64,000 nt of DNA from an uncultured Bacteroides sp. (GTDB lineage Bacteria > Bacillota > Clostridia > Oscillospirales > Acutalibacteraceae). A model generated the notes under the pieces. The model searched no databases and was not told where the DNA came from. It saw only the letters and a program-made list of their open reading frames with translations. The stretch spans positions 211,425 to 275,424 of the forward strand of contig CAYRBT010000001.1 in NCBI GenBank assembly GCA_964422655.1. Reading direction: 5' to 3'. The first letter of the stretch is position 1. Each line of letters opens with the position of its first letter. This document shows, in pieces, positions 49,173 through 58,798 of the stretch. Position numbers and translations under genes: made by a program.

Positions 49173-49412
49173 ATGAGACTTGATAAGTATTTAAAGGTAT
49201 CGCGTATTATAAAAAGAAGAACCGTTGCAAACGAAGCCTGTGACGCCGGAAGGGTAGAGGTTAACGGCAAAATTGCCAGAGCATCATACGATGTAAAAAT
49301 CGGCGATGAAATAAAAATCACTCTCGGTGAAAGGGTAAATTCTTACCGAGTTTTGCAGATAAACGAGCACGCACTCAAAGAAGACGCATTAAAAATGTAC
49401 GAGCAAATATAA
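49173..49412 (+). CDS. yabO: S4-domain RNA-binding protein YabO/RqcP
   Basis: MRLDKYLKVSRIIKRRTVANEAC. Confidence 0.95.
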   Translation: MRLDKYLKVSRIIKRRTVANEACDAGRVEVNGKIARASYDVKIGDEIKITLGERVNSYRVLQINEHALKEDALKMYEQI

Positions 49413-49478
49413 TATTTTTATATTTTCCTGCATAGATTTTATCATAGGAACAGCATTATTTCTTTGCAGGTGATTTAT

Positions 49479-49745
49479 ATGGAAGGTGCGTCTGAGCATA
49501 CACTCACTTTAACAAACAGGGAAAGGCTTACTCTTACAGGCGTAAGCGATGTCGACTCCTTTAACGAGGAGGAGGTGTCGGCTGTCTGCTCGTGCGGTCA
49601 GCTTAGCATAAGGGGTGAGCTTCTTCATATCGAGGAGCTTAATCTTGATTCGGGAGTGCTTACTGTCAGCGGAAAAATATTTTCTCTTTCTTACACCGAA
49701 AAATTCACATCTTCTTCTCTTTTAAAGAGGCTGTTCGGTGGGTGA
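49479..49745 (+). CDS. yabP: Sporulation protein YabP
   Basis: HTLTL.NRE.L.LTGV.DVDSF, L.I.GE.LHI..LNL; synteny. Confidence 0.9.
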   Translation: MEGASEHTLTLTNRERLTLTGVSDVDSFNEEEVSAVCSCGQLSIRGELLHIEELNLDSGVLTVSGKIFSLSYTEKFTSSSLLKRLFGG

Positions 49746-50169
49746 GGCACTTTTTTATGCGGCTGTTCTTGGTATAGCCTTGAGTATTCTTTATGATTTT
49801 TTCAGGCTGTTACGATTAGTACTTGGCTCTGATTTTATTTTTGATTTTTTGTTTTGGATAGTTACCTCGTTTGCCGTTTTTTGTTATCTTTTGGTTTTTA
49901 ATAACGGTGCTGTCAGGGGAATATATCTGCTTTTTATTATTTTTGGATTTCTTCTTTACTCCTTTACGGTAGGTTATCTTACGCAAAAGGCAGAAAAAAA
50001 GCTTGCAAAAAAGGTTAAAATTCAGTTAAAAAAGGTGAAAAAACTAATAAAAAGTTTTAAAAAAGTGTTGCAATTTCCCAATAATTTATATTATAATATT
50101 AAAGTAAAAGCTAAAACCTTGCTTACACATAATAATGAAGGTGAAAAGAATGGCAAAGAGCAACGCTGA
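49738..50169 (+). CDS. yabQ: Spore cortex protein YabQ
   Basis: YDFFRLLR, FDFLFW, NNG.VR.; follows yabP. Confidence 0.85.
   Translation: MGEALFYAAVLGIALSILYDFFRLLRLVLGSDFIFDFLFWIVTSFAVFCYLLVFNNGAVRGIYLLFIIFGFLLYSFTVGYLTQKAEKKLAKKVKIQLKKVKKLIKSFKKVLQFPNNLYYNIKVKAKTLLTHNNEGEKNGKEQR
50068..50097 (+). promoter_or_regulatory. Internal sigma-A promoter for divIC within yabQ
   Basis: TTGCAA-18 nt-TATAAT preceded by A-tracts, about 50 nt before the divIC start. Confidence 0.6.
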
Positions 50170-50473
50170 AAACGCAGTAAAAAACAGATTTAGCAAAAAG
50201 AAAATTGCGGGTACTTTAGCCGTAATTCTGCTTGCAGCTCTTTTTGTGTTTTTCGGTACAAGTATTGTTAATCAAAATTCCGACATAAGCCGTCTTGAAC
50301 AGCAAAAGGCGGAAATCAGCGCAAAATATGAGGCTCAGGAAAAGACAAACAAAGAGCTTCAGGCTGTTCTTGATAACGAAAACAAGGATGATTATATTGA
50401 ACAAAAGGCCCGTGAGAAGGGCTATGTAAAATCTGACGAAATTGTTTTTTACGATATTTCGGCAGGTGAATAG
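50150..50473 (+). CDS. divIC: Septum formation initiator DivIC/FtsB
   Basis: TM helix, coiled coil, YIEQKAREKGYVKSDEIVF; after yabQ. Confidence 0.88.
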   Translation: MAKSNAENAVKNRFSKKKIAGTLAVILLAALFVFFGTSIVNQNSDISRLEQQKAEISAKYEAQEKTNKELQAVLDNENKDDYIEQKAREKGYVKSDEIVFYDISAGE

Positions 50474-50485
50474 GCTTTGATACAT

Positions 50486-50513
50486 AGACCGAGTAAATTC
50501 TCGGTCTGTTTTT
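50486..50513 (+). terminator. Intrinsic terminator
   Basis: AGACCGAG-taaatt-CTCGGTCT-GTTTTT. Confidence 0.75.
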
Positions 50514-50540
50514 ATTATAATAATCGATAGGGAAAACGAT

Positions 50541-51656
50541 ATGAATTTAAAAATGACTGCGCCGTGTCTTCTCGGTCTTGAGGGGCTTGTTGCGGATGAA
50601 CTGAAATATATGCAGGCACAAAATGTCTGTGCAGAAAACGGCAGGGTATATTTTGAGGGCGATGAGGCAATGCTTGCGAGGGCAAACATCAACTCCCGTT
50701 ATGCAGAGAGAATACTCATTGTTCTTGACCGCTTTTATGCCACAAGCTTTGAAGAGCTTTTTCAGGCTGTCAAGGCTTTGCCGTGGTCTGATTTCATCGG
50801 CTCTGCCGATACCTTTCCCGTAAAGGGATACAGTATAAATTCTGCACTTCATTCAGTTCCCGATTGCCAGAAAATAATCAAAAAAGCAGTAGTGGAGTCG
50901 CTTAAAGGGGATTACAATATCTCTTGGTTTGAGGAAACGGGACCCGTTCATCAAATTCAGTTTTCAATAATGAAGGACGAGGTGACAATAATGCTTGACA
51001 CCTCGGGCAGAGGGCTTCATAAAAGAGGCTACCGCCCTGAGTCTAATGATGCTCCAATAAGAGAAACGCTTGCCGCAGCGCTTTGCAGTCTTTCTCATCT
51101 TAGGCATTATCATACAATGTATGACCCCTGTTGCGGAAGCGGTACAATTCTTATTGAGGGCGCTATGATGGCAAACAATATTGCCCCGGGAATAAACAGA
51201 AATTTTGAGTGCGACCGCTGGGGCTTCATTCCTGAAGGAGCTTGGATTCAGGAAAGAGAAAGAGCGCACGATATAATCAAAACGGATACCGATTTTGTTG
51301 CGTTTGGAAGCGATATTGATTTTCACGCTCTTGAGCTAACTATGAATAACGCAAAAAGAATCGGTGTTGATAAATTTCTCCGTCTTGAGCAAAGGGATAT
51401 TAAGGACTTTTCTCCCACAAGCGAAAAGGGTACTCTCATAACAAATCCACCCTACGGTGAAAGAATGCTCGACATAAAATCGGCGGAAAAGATTTACAGG
51501 ATTATGGGTGAAAAATTTGCCGCAAAAAAAGGCTGGTCATACGGTATAATTTCACCAGACGAGGAATTTGAAAGAGCCTTCGGCAGAAAAGCAGACAAGC
51601 GCAGAAAGCTTTATAACGGAATGATAAAATGTCAGTACTATATGTACTTTAAATAA
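50541..51656 (+). CDS. rlmL: THUMP-domain RNA methyltransferase (RlmL/YpsC family)
   Basis: GLE.LV..EL, DTSG.GLHKRGYR, APIRETLAA, DPCCGSGT, NPPYG. Confidence 0.88.
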   Translation: MNLKMTAPCLLGLEGLVADELKYMQAQNVCAENGRVYFEGDEAMLARANINSRYAERILIVLDRFYATSFEELFQAVKALPWSDFIGSADTFPVKGYSINSALHSVPDCQKIIKKAVVESLKGDYNISWFEETGPVHQIQFSIMKDEVTIMLDTSGRGLHKRGYRPESNDAPIRETLAAALCSLSHLRHYHTMYDPCCGSGTILIEGAMMANNIAPGINRNFECDRWGFIPEGAWIQERERAHDIIKTDTDFVAFGSDIDFHALELTMNNAKRIGVDKFLRLEQRDIKDFSPTSEKGTLITNPPYGERMLDIKSAEKIYRIMGEKFAAKKGWSYGIISPDEEFERAFGRKADKRRKLYNGMIKCQYYMYFK

Positions 51657-51678
51657 TATTACGATAAAGAGGTGCTTT

Positions 51679-53307
51679 ATGGATTATAAGGATAAATATT
51701 TGCAGTGGCTTGATTTTGCTGATGAAAGCACAAAAAATGAGCTTCTTGCAGTAACCGACGAAAAGGAAATTGAGGACAGATTTTACAAGGACCTTGCATT
51801 TGGAACAGGCGGCTTAAGAGGCGTAATGGGCGCCGGCTCAAACAGAATGAACAGATATACCGTAGGTAAGGCAACGCTCGGACTTGCACGCTATCTTAAG
51901 AGTAAAAATAACGGTGAAATTTCTGTTGCCATTGCTTATGATACACGCAATAATTCACGCCTTTTTGCAAAAACAGCCGCAGGTGTTTTTGCTTCTCAGG
52001 GAATAAAGGTTTATATTTATTCTATGGTAGTGCCCGTTCCCGTGCTTTCGTTTACAACTCATTATCTGGGATGCACGGCAGGTGTTATGATTACCGCCTC
52101 TCACAATCCGAAGGAGTATAACGGCTACAAGGTTTATGACGGTAAGGGCTGTCAGTTTTGTACCGAGGATGCAAAAAATGCAATCGGATATATCAATGAT
52201 ATCACCGATTATTCTTCAATCCCGTTTCTTGATGACAGCGAGCTTATTAACGAAATCGGCGAAAGGGAGCTTGACGCATTTCTTGCAGAGGTTAAAAAGC
52301 AGTCGCTTTACGAGGAAAAAAGTGATTTAAAGATAGTATATACCCCGCTTCACGGAACGGGAAATATCCCTGTAAGAAGAATGCTTGAGGGAATGAATGT
52401 TACGGTTGTTAAGGAGCAGGAGCTTCCCGACGGTAATTTCTCAACCGTTCGTTCACCAAATCCCGAGGAAAAGGACGCTCTTACAATCGCGATTGAAAAG
52501 GCAAAAGAAATCGGCGCTGATTTAGTTTTGGGCACAGATCCCGATTGTGACAGAGTAGGTATTGCCGTAAAGGACGGTAGTGATTATAAGCTCTTTACAG
52601 GTAATCAGACGGGAGCACTTCTTGTTAAGTTTGTACTTACTATAAAAAAGGATAGCCTTAATGACAGGTCAACACTTGTCAAAACGATTGTAACCTCAGA
52701 GCTTGGCGCAAATATCGGCAGAAAATTCGGCTTGCAGGTTGAGGAGACCTTAACAGGCTTTAAGTACATCGGCGACAAAATCAATAAATACGAGCAGACA
52801 GGCGAGCAGGAATTTGTTATCGGATATGAGGAATCCTACGGATATCTTGTCGGCACTCACGCAAGGGATAAGGACGCTGTTGTGTCATCAATGCTCATTT
52901 GCCAAATGGCTTCATGGTACAAGAATCAGGGCAAAACACTCGTCGACGGACTTAACGAGATTTATGATGAGTACGGCTATTACCTTGATTATCTCGACTC
53001 CTTTGTGCTCAAGGGCAAGGACGGAGCCGAAAAAATTCAAAGCCTGATGTCATATTTCAGAAAAGAGGGAGCAAATCTTTTTGACTCAATCAAAGAGGTT
53101 ATTGACTTTGAAAAGGGAATAAGAGATTTGCCAAAGGAAAATGTCCTTAAATATATTTGGACGGACGGCTCGTGGATGGCTGTCAGACCGTCGGGCACCG
53201 AGCCTAAAATCAAGGTTTACTATTCAATTGTCGGCAAGGACAAGGAAAAAGCCTCTGCAAGACTTGAAAGCATTAGAAAAATAATTTGCGATATAATTAA
53301 CAGATAA
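51679..53307 (+). CDS. Phosphoglucomutase/phosphomannomutase
   Basis: FGTGGLRG, TASHNP, DPDCDR, GYEESYG, RPSGTEPK. Confidence 0.95.
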   Translation: MDYKDKYLQWLDFADESTKNELLAVTDEKEIEDRFYKDLAFGTGGLRGVMGAGSNRMNRYTVGKATLGLARYLKSKNNGEISVAIAYDTRNNSRLFAKTAAGVFASQGIKVYIYSMVVPVPVLSFTTHYLGCTAGVMITASHNPKEYNGYKVYDGKGCQFCTEDAKNAIGYINDITDYSSIPFLDDSELINEIGERELDAFLAEVKKQSLYEEKSDLKIVYTPLHGTGNIPVRRMLEGMNVTVVKEQELPDGNFSTVRSPNPEEKDALTIAIEKAKEIGADLVLGTDPDCDRVGIAVKDGSDYKLFTGNQTGALLVKFVLTIKKDSLNDRSTLVKTIVTSELGANIGRKFGLQVEETLTGFKYIGDKINKYEQTGEQEFVIGYEESYGYLVGTHARDKDAVVSSMLICQMASWYKNQGKTLVDGLNEIYDEYGYYLDYLDSFVLKGKDGAEKIQSLMSYFRKEGANLFDSIKEVIDFEKGIRDLPKENVLKYIWTDGSWMAVRPSGTEPKIKVYYSIVGKDKEKASARLESIRKIICDIINR

Positions 53308-53309
53308 TT

Positions 53310-54509
53310 ATGGTATTTGAAGAAGCAACCCTATCCGGTATTAAGGTTAAAAACAGAATAATTCGCTCAGCTACACACGATGGACTTGCCGATGAAAACG
53401 GTGCTCCGTCTAAAAAGCTTATTCGCAAATATGAATACCTTGCAAAAAATAATATAGGCTGTATAATTACAGGCTATATCGGTGTCAGCAGTGATGGTAT
53501 GTCGCCTTATCCCAAAATGCTTAAATTGCACAGGGATGATTTGACCGACAGCTACAAGCCGTTAACCGAGGCGGTGCATAAATACGATGTGCCGATTGTT
53601 GCACAGCTTGCTCATTGCGGCAGACAAACCTCATCAAAATATATCGGTGAGCAAAAAAAGGCACCTACTGCTATGCGTCATTTATTTTATCCCGACAAAG
53701 CACAGGCACTTGACAGCAGCGATATTAAGCGAATAATTGATGATTTCGCAAATACAGCAGTACGAGCTCAAGAGGCGGGATTTGATGCAGTGCAGCTTCA
53801 CGGCGGTCACGGCTATCTGCTTCACGATTTCTTCTCTCCCTACGGAAACAGACGAACTGACGAATGGGGAGGCAGTATTGAAAACAGATGTCGCCTTGCT
53901 GTTTGTATTATAAAAGAGATTAAGAAAAAAACAAATATTCCTGTATGGATAAAAATAAGTGCACAGGATAACAGAAAAAACGGTATGAATATCAAAAGTA
54001 CTGTTCAAATTCTTAAAATACTTGAAAAAGCAGGTCTTGATTGCGTTGAGGTTTCGTGCGGTAGTGTCGAGGACGGTATGAGTACAATGCGAAGCCGTGT
54101 TATGCCGATGAACGCAGTGTTTAAGTATAAAGAGCCCTGTGCTTCATTTCCAAGCACACTGAAAAAGCTTTCGCTTTTTATTGCAAATGCCGTTAATCCT
54201 ATGATAAAACAGCCAATACCGCTTGAAAACTACAATGTAATGAATGCTAAAGCAATTAAAAATGAATTGAGTATTCCCGTAATTGCAGTGGGCGGAATAC
54301 ATAAGCTTGATGATATGAATTACATTACAGATAATGATATGGCTGATTTTGTATCAATGTGCAGACCGTTTATATGTGAGCCTAATCTTGTTACAAAAAT
54401 GATGCAGGGTACTCAAACACAGTCAAAATGCAAAATGTGTAATTGCTGCGGTCTTGTTATTGAAAAGGAAAGTACAAAATGTCTTTTCAAAAATGTGGAT
54501 ATATATTGA
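53310..54509 (+). CDS. NADH:flavin oxidoreductase (OYE family) with C-terminal Cys cluster
   Basis: KNRIIRSAT, QLAHCGR, GFDAVQLHGGHGYL, NRRTDEWGGS.ENR, RPFI.EP, CKMCNCC-x10-C. Confidence 0.88.
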   Translation: MVFEEATLSGIKVKNRIIRSATHDGLADENGAPSKKLIRKYEYLAKNNIGCIITGYIGVSSDGMSPYPKMLKLHRDDLTDSYKPLTEAVHKYDVPIVAQLAHCGRQTSSKYIGEQKKAPTAMRHLFYPDKAQALDSSDIKRIIDDFANTAVRAQEAGFDAVQLHGGHGYLLHDFFSPYGNRRTDEWGGSIENRCRLAVCIIKEIKKKTNIPVWIKISAQDNRKNGMNIKSTVQILKILEKAGLDCVEVSCGSVEDGMSTMRSRVMPMNAVFKYKEPCASFPSTLKKLSLFIANAVNPMIKQPIPLENYNVMNAKAIKNELSIPVIAVGGIHKLDDMNYITDNDMADFVSMCRPFICEPNLVTKMMQGTQTQSKCKMCNCCGLVIEKESTKCLFKNVDIY

Positions 54510-54523
54510 TGACGGAGGTCAAT

Positions 54524-54766
54524 ATGAATAAAGTTAAGCAATATGTTGAAAATGTTCTTCAGCCAAAGCTTCAGGGAGACGGAGGCTGGGTAGAGTTTGT
54601 TTCTCTTGACGCAGAGGAGCTGACGCTTATATTTAGGGGAGAGTGCTCAAAATGTCTTATTCTTGAGCGCTGCACAAAATGGATAGAAGAGCAGATTAAA
54701 CTTGATTTAAAAAAGAATGTCAAGGTTAAGCCTGTGCGCAAAAAGCCCTATTTTCAGGATATGTAA
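54524..54766 (+). CDS. NifU/NfuA C-terminal-domain protein
   Basis: LQPKLQGDGGWVEFV, F.GECSKC; ATG at 54524 after GGAGG. Confidence 0.8.
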   Translation: MNKVKQYVENVLQPKLQGDGGWVEFVSLDAEELTLIFRGECSKCLILERCTKWIEEQIKLDLKKNVKVKPVRKKPYFQDM

Positions 54767-54779
54767 GGAGGTTTGAGAT

Positions 54780-57707
54780 ATGGCTCATATTAAGGTTGTC
54801 AGACGCTCCATGCGTCCTGAGGAATGGACTGATTTAAGATTTAACTGGCTCAAAAGATATATCTATGATACCAAGTGGGAAATAGATAATCTTCTTATCC
54901 GCGATGCCCGTCAGGTTTCGGAAATGGAGTTTGAATACTATTCAGACGATTACAGACCGCTTAATAAAGGTGATATGTATTTCACACCCGACGGCACGGC
55001 GTTTATTAAAGCCGATGTGGATATTCCAAAGGAGCTTCAGGGCAGAGAGCTTTGGTTTTCTCTCAAAACTGCTGCCGAAATCTGCGTAAAGGTTAACGGA
55101 AAATATATCGGCGGTGTCGACCCTAACAGAGAAAGAATGCTCCTTTCACCTTATGTAGACGATACAAAAACTCTTCATTTTGAAATGATGGGCTATAACC
55201 GTTCAAAGCCCGACGATGAGAGAAATCCCGAATCACTTTCCGTTCGCGGATGCAGACAGATTTTTGAGGGCGCTTATATCTGCACCGTTAATCATAAGGT
55301 GCAGGATTTGGTATGGGATTTTGAGCTTTTGCTTGATATAGCAAAGAGCGAGCTTTTTAACGAGGATTACAGAAGCTTTCTCAACAAAGAGCTAAATAAC
55401 GCAATGAATTTCATTGATTTTGACAGCGATAGCCTTGACGGGATTGACGAGTGTCAAAAATATCTCAACGAGGTTGTTTTTGCAAATGATAATTACAAGG
55501 GATGCGGTGATGTGGCGCTTATTGCTCATTCTCACCTTGATATTGCATATTATTGGCGAAGAATACACGCTGTTCAAAAGAATTTGCGTACTGTTTTAAT
55601 CCAGCTCAGACTTATGGATAAATATCCCGATTTCAAATATACTCATACTCAGCCTTATGTTTATGAAACTCTTGAAAGGTATTATCCCGAGGTATTTGAA
55701 GAATTAAAGGAAAAGGTTGCAAACGGACAGTTTGAGCCTGTTGGTGCTATGTATGTTGAGCCTGACTGTAATGTGCCTAGTGCAGAATCACTTATTCGTC
55801 AGTGCCTTTACGGACAGCTTACATACAAGAGAATGTTCGGCAAAACTGTAAATAATGCGTGGCTTCCCGATGTTTTCGGCAATAGCTGGATACTTCCGCA
55901 GATTTTGAAAAAAAGCGGTGTTGATTATTTTGTATCAAACAAAATGTCAACCTGGAATGATACCAACCGTTTTCCGCACAATAATTTCATTTGGCGCGGT
56001 ATTGACGGTACAGAGGTGCTTGCCTGCGTTCCGCCTACTCACTTTATCACCTGGAATATGCCCTCGCAGATACAGGAAAACTGGGAGGCATATATCGACA
56101 AGCATTGCGGCGGACAGACAATGAATATGTTTGGCTACGGTGACGGAGGCTCGGGCTGTACCGAGGAAATGATTGAGCTTATGCACAGGTTTGACAAGCT
56201 TTCAATTATGCCTAAGTGCGAGCATATGGGCGGTGCGGAATTTCTTGAAAGAAATCTTAAGGATAATAAAAATCTTGAGCTTTGGGACGGAGAGCTTTAT
56301 CTTGAAATGCATCGCGGTACCTTCACCACTAAGTCCCAAATGAAAAGAGCTAACCGCCGTCTTGAGTACAAGCTCAGAGATGCGGAAATGCTCAGCGTTC
56401 TCAGAGGAGAGGACAATACACAAAAAATAACCGAGATTTATAAAAAGCTTCTTATAAATCAGTTTCACGATATCCTTCCGGGCTCTCATATTCATCCCGT
56501 TTACGAGGATGCAATGGCTGATTACAGAGAAATCGAAGAAAAGCTTGATGATATAATCGGCTCGGGTACAAGGTATTTCAACACACTTAATTTTAAGAGA
56601 GATGCACTTACCTTTGTTCCTAACAAAAAAGGAACATCAACACGCTACGGTGTTAAGGGTAATTGGATTATTCCGAATATTGAGGCACTTTCATCTTCAT
56701 CACTCAGGGCGTTGTCCTATAAAAACGAATGGATTACCGTTGGTGATACCGTTGAAACTCCGTTTTATTCGGTTGTGTTTAACCCCGACGGCTCAATTGC
56801 CTCTCTTGTTGAAAAAGAAAACGGCAGACAATGGGTTGACGGCGATTTCAATAAGCTTAAAATTTACACCGATTGCCCGGGGAACTATGACGCTTGGGAT
56901 ATACTGCCGAATTATAAGGATAAGCAGATTGATATCACAGTTAAGGAGCCTCTTGCTCTTTGTGAAAAGGACGGCGAATGTGCTTCGTTTAAAACAGTTC
57001 TTGCAACCGATAAATCCGAGTGGACAATGATTATCCGCCTGTTTAGACGAAGCAGGGGTATCGAGGTCGAGAGCATTGTTGACTGGAACGAAAAGCACAA
57101 GCTTGCAAAGGCAGAATTTTCCTGCAATATTCTCTCGAGGAAGGCGCTTTGCGACACCTCGGCAGGCTTTATCGAAAGAGATACTCACAAAAATACCTCT
57201 TGGCAGCAGGCAAGATTTGAGACCTGTCATCACAAGTGGGCAGATTTGTGTGAAACCGACGCAGGTATTGCGCTTATCAATGACGGAAAATACGGTATCG
57301 GCTTTGATAAAAATGTTATGTCGCTTTCACTGCTGCGTGCAACAATCAGACCCGATGTAACAAGTGATATGGGTGTGCATAATTTCTGCTATATGATTAT
57401 GCCTCACACAAAGGATACCTCACAGGCAGAAATAAATAGAATCGCTTTTCAGTACAATGTGCCGCTCGTTAAAGCAGATGTAAGCTATGATTCCGATACC
57501 TTTGAGCCTCTTTTCCTGCAAGCTATGAAAAGGTCAGAGGACGGCTCTATGAGGGTTATCCGCCTTTGTGAGCAGGACGGCAGAAGGGGAAGAATTAACC
57601 TTTCAAAAAAGGTTAAGCTTCTTAATATGCTTGAAGAGGTACAGGGAGAAACGGATGTTATTGAGTATAAGCCGTTTGAAATAATAACAATCGGAGAAGA
57701 AATATGA
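54780..57707 (+). CDS. GH38 alpha-mannosidase (second, divergent copy)
   Basis: HSHLDIAYYW, WLPDVFG, GYGDGG.G, LYLEMHRGT, NQFHDILPG. Confidence 0.92.
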   Translation: MAHIKVVRRSMRPEEWTDLRFNWLKRYIYDTKWEIDNLLIRDARQVSEMEFEYYSDDYRPLNKGDMYFTPDGTAFIKADVDIPKELQGRELWFSLKTAAEICVKVNGKYIGGVDPNRERMLLSPYVDDTKTLHFEMMGYNRSKPDDERNPESLSVRGCRQIFEGAYICTVNHKVQDLVWDFELLLDIAKSELFNEDYRSFLNKELNNAMNFIDFDSDSLDGIDECQKYLNEVVFANDNYKGCGDVALIAHSHLDIAYYWRRIHAVQKNLRTVLIQLRLMDKYPDFKYTHTQPYVYETLERYYPEVFEELKEKVANGQFEPVGAMYVEPDCNVPSAESLIRQCLYGQLTYKRMFGKTVNNAWLPDVFGNSWILPQILKKSGVDYFVSNKMSTWNDTNRFPHNNFIWRGIDGTEVLACVPPTHFITWNMPSQIQENWEAYIDKHCGGQTMNMFGYGDGGSGCTEEMIELMHRFDKLSIMPKCEHMGGAEFLERNLKDNKNLELWDGELYLEMHRGTFTTKSQMKRANRRLEYKLRDAEMLSVLRGEDNTQKITEIYKKLLINQFHDILPGSHIHPVYEDAMADYREIEEKLDDIIGSGTRYFNTLNFKRDALTFVPNKKGTSTRYGVKGNWIIPNIEALSSSSLRALSYKNEWITVGDTVETPFYSVVFNPDGSIASLVEKENGRQWVDGDFNKLKIYTDCPGNYDAWDILPNYKDKQIDITVKEPLALCEKDGECASFKTVLATDKSEWTMIIRLFRRSRGIEVESIVDWNEKHKLAKAEFSCNILSRKALCDTSAGFIERDTHKNTSWQQARFETCHHKWADLCETDAGIALINDGKYGIGFDKNVMSLSLLRATIRPDVTSDMGVHNFCYMIMPHTKDTSQAEINRIAFQYNVPLVKADVSYDSDTFEPLFLQAMKRSEDGSMRVIRLCEQDGRRGRINLSKKVKLLNMLEEVQGETDVIEYKPFEIITIGEEI

Positions 57708-58093
57708 CCGCTACACAGATTATAATAATAGCTGTTGTTGTTTTGACTTTGGGAATAATTGTTTTTCCGCTGATAAACAGACGGCAGTTTCGTAATCTTC
57801 CCTTTGAACAGCAGGTTAGAATTTTAATGAAGGAAGCAAACGGACTGATTTATTTTAAAAATATTTCAAGAGGGAGCACCGGAATACTCTATTATGTAAA
57901 GAATAAGAGGAAAATTCTTGCTTTTCCCTGGAGATTAGATGACGGCAAAATGCTCTGCACAAGGAAAAATCCCTTTGAGCACTGGGATTATCCCGAGGAA
58001 AAACAGCCTCTCAACGAGGACGAGCTCAAGCAGCTTACAGAAGAGCTTGAAAAGTATAATAAGAAAAATCCAGTCAAGATAGTATTTAAATAA
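57704..58093 (+). CDS. Hypothetical membrane-anchored protein
   Basis: N-terminal TM helix; ATGA overlap with GH38; GGAG RBS. Confidence 0.7.
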   Translation: MTATQIIIIAVVVLTLGIIVFPLINRRQFRNLPFEQQVRILMKEANGLIYFKNISRGSTGILYYVKNKRKILAFPWRLDDGKMLCTRKNPFEHWDYPEEKQPLNEDELKQLTEELEKYNKKNPVKIVFK

Positions 58094-58135
58094 AAAAACG
58101 GCGTCAACTCTTTTTGAGCTGACGCCTGTCTTTTT
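58092..58135. terminator. Bidirectional terminator
   Basis: A-run, GGCGTCAaCTC-ttttt-GAGcTGACGCC, T-run between convergent genes. Confidence 0.75.
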
Positions 58136-58138
58136 ACA

Positions 58139-58294
58139 TTAAGCCTCTGCAAACTGGTCCTTGCCTACTGAACACAAGGGACATTCAAAATCCTCGGGAA
58201 CATCCTCCCACTTTGTGCCGGGAGCAATTCCGCCGTCGGGATAGCCTACTTCTTCGTCATATTCCCAACCGCATACTTCGCAAACATATTTCAT
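58139..58294 (-). CDS. rub: Rubredoxin (51 aa; absent from the ORF track)
   Basis: Hand translation [51 protein letters not shown]; AAGGAGG RBS. Confidence 0.96.
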   Translation of the reverse strand: MKYVCEVCGWEYDEEVGYPDGGIAPGTKWEDVPEDFECPLCSVGKDQFAEA

Positions 58295-58369
58295 GCTTTA
58301 ACCTCCTTTTTGAAATTTATTATATATATTGTATGATATTTTAAATAAAAAAACAATACCGTTTTTCAA

Positions 58370-58738
58370 TTATTTTACCCTTTCAAGCACCTTGAACGCA
58401 ATTCCCGAAAGAAAAAACCACAAAACAGAAAAGGGAACGCAAATCTGACCGAGAAAGTTGAGTGCAACATTTGAATAATCCCATACATGCTCTTTTAAAA
58501 TCAAATTAAAAACAATGCCGAAAACAAGCTCAACGCCGGTAATTATAATCATACCTGCAAGACATTTGAGCAAATATGGTAATTGATAGTTTTGATTGAT
58601 AAAATAAAAAGAGCTTAATACTATCGCTCCTGCAAAAAACATTGAGTAGTGAGTTCTTCCGCGCCATATCAGTTCAATCAGGCAGTATCCAAAGCCTCCG
58701 ATAAGCGCAGTAAATAAATAATTATTAAACATTTTCAT
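58370..58738 (-). CDS. Small membrane protein (putative ABC transporter permease, CmpB-like family)
   Basis: IGG.GY..IEL.WRGRTH.SM, VWDYS....N..GQIC..FS..W. Confidence 0.75.
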   Translation of the reverse strand: MKMFNNYLFTALIGGFGYCLIELIWRGRTHYSMFFAGAIVLSSFYFINQNYQLPYLLKCLAGMIIITGVELVFGIVFNLILKEHVWDYSNVALNFLGQICVPFSVLWFFLSGIAFKVLERVK

Positions 58739-58798
58739 AATTGTATTGTTAGCTGTATTGTGATAAAATACAAATAGAAAAATAAGGCAGGTGAGCTT

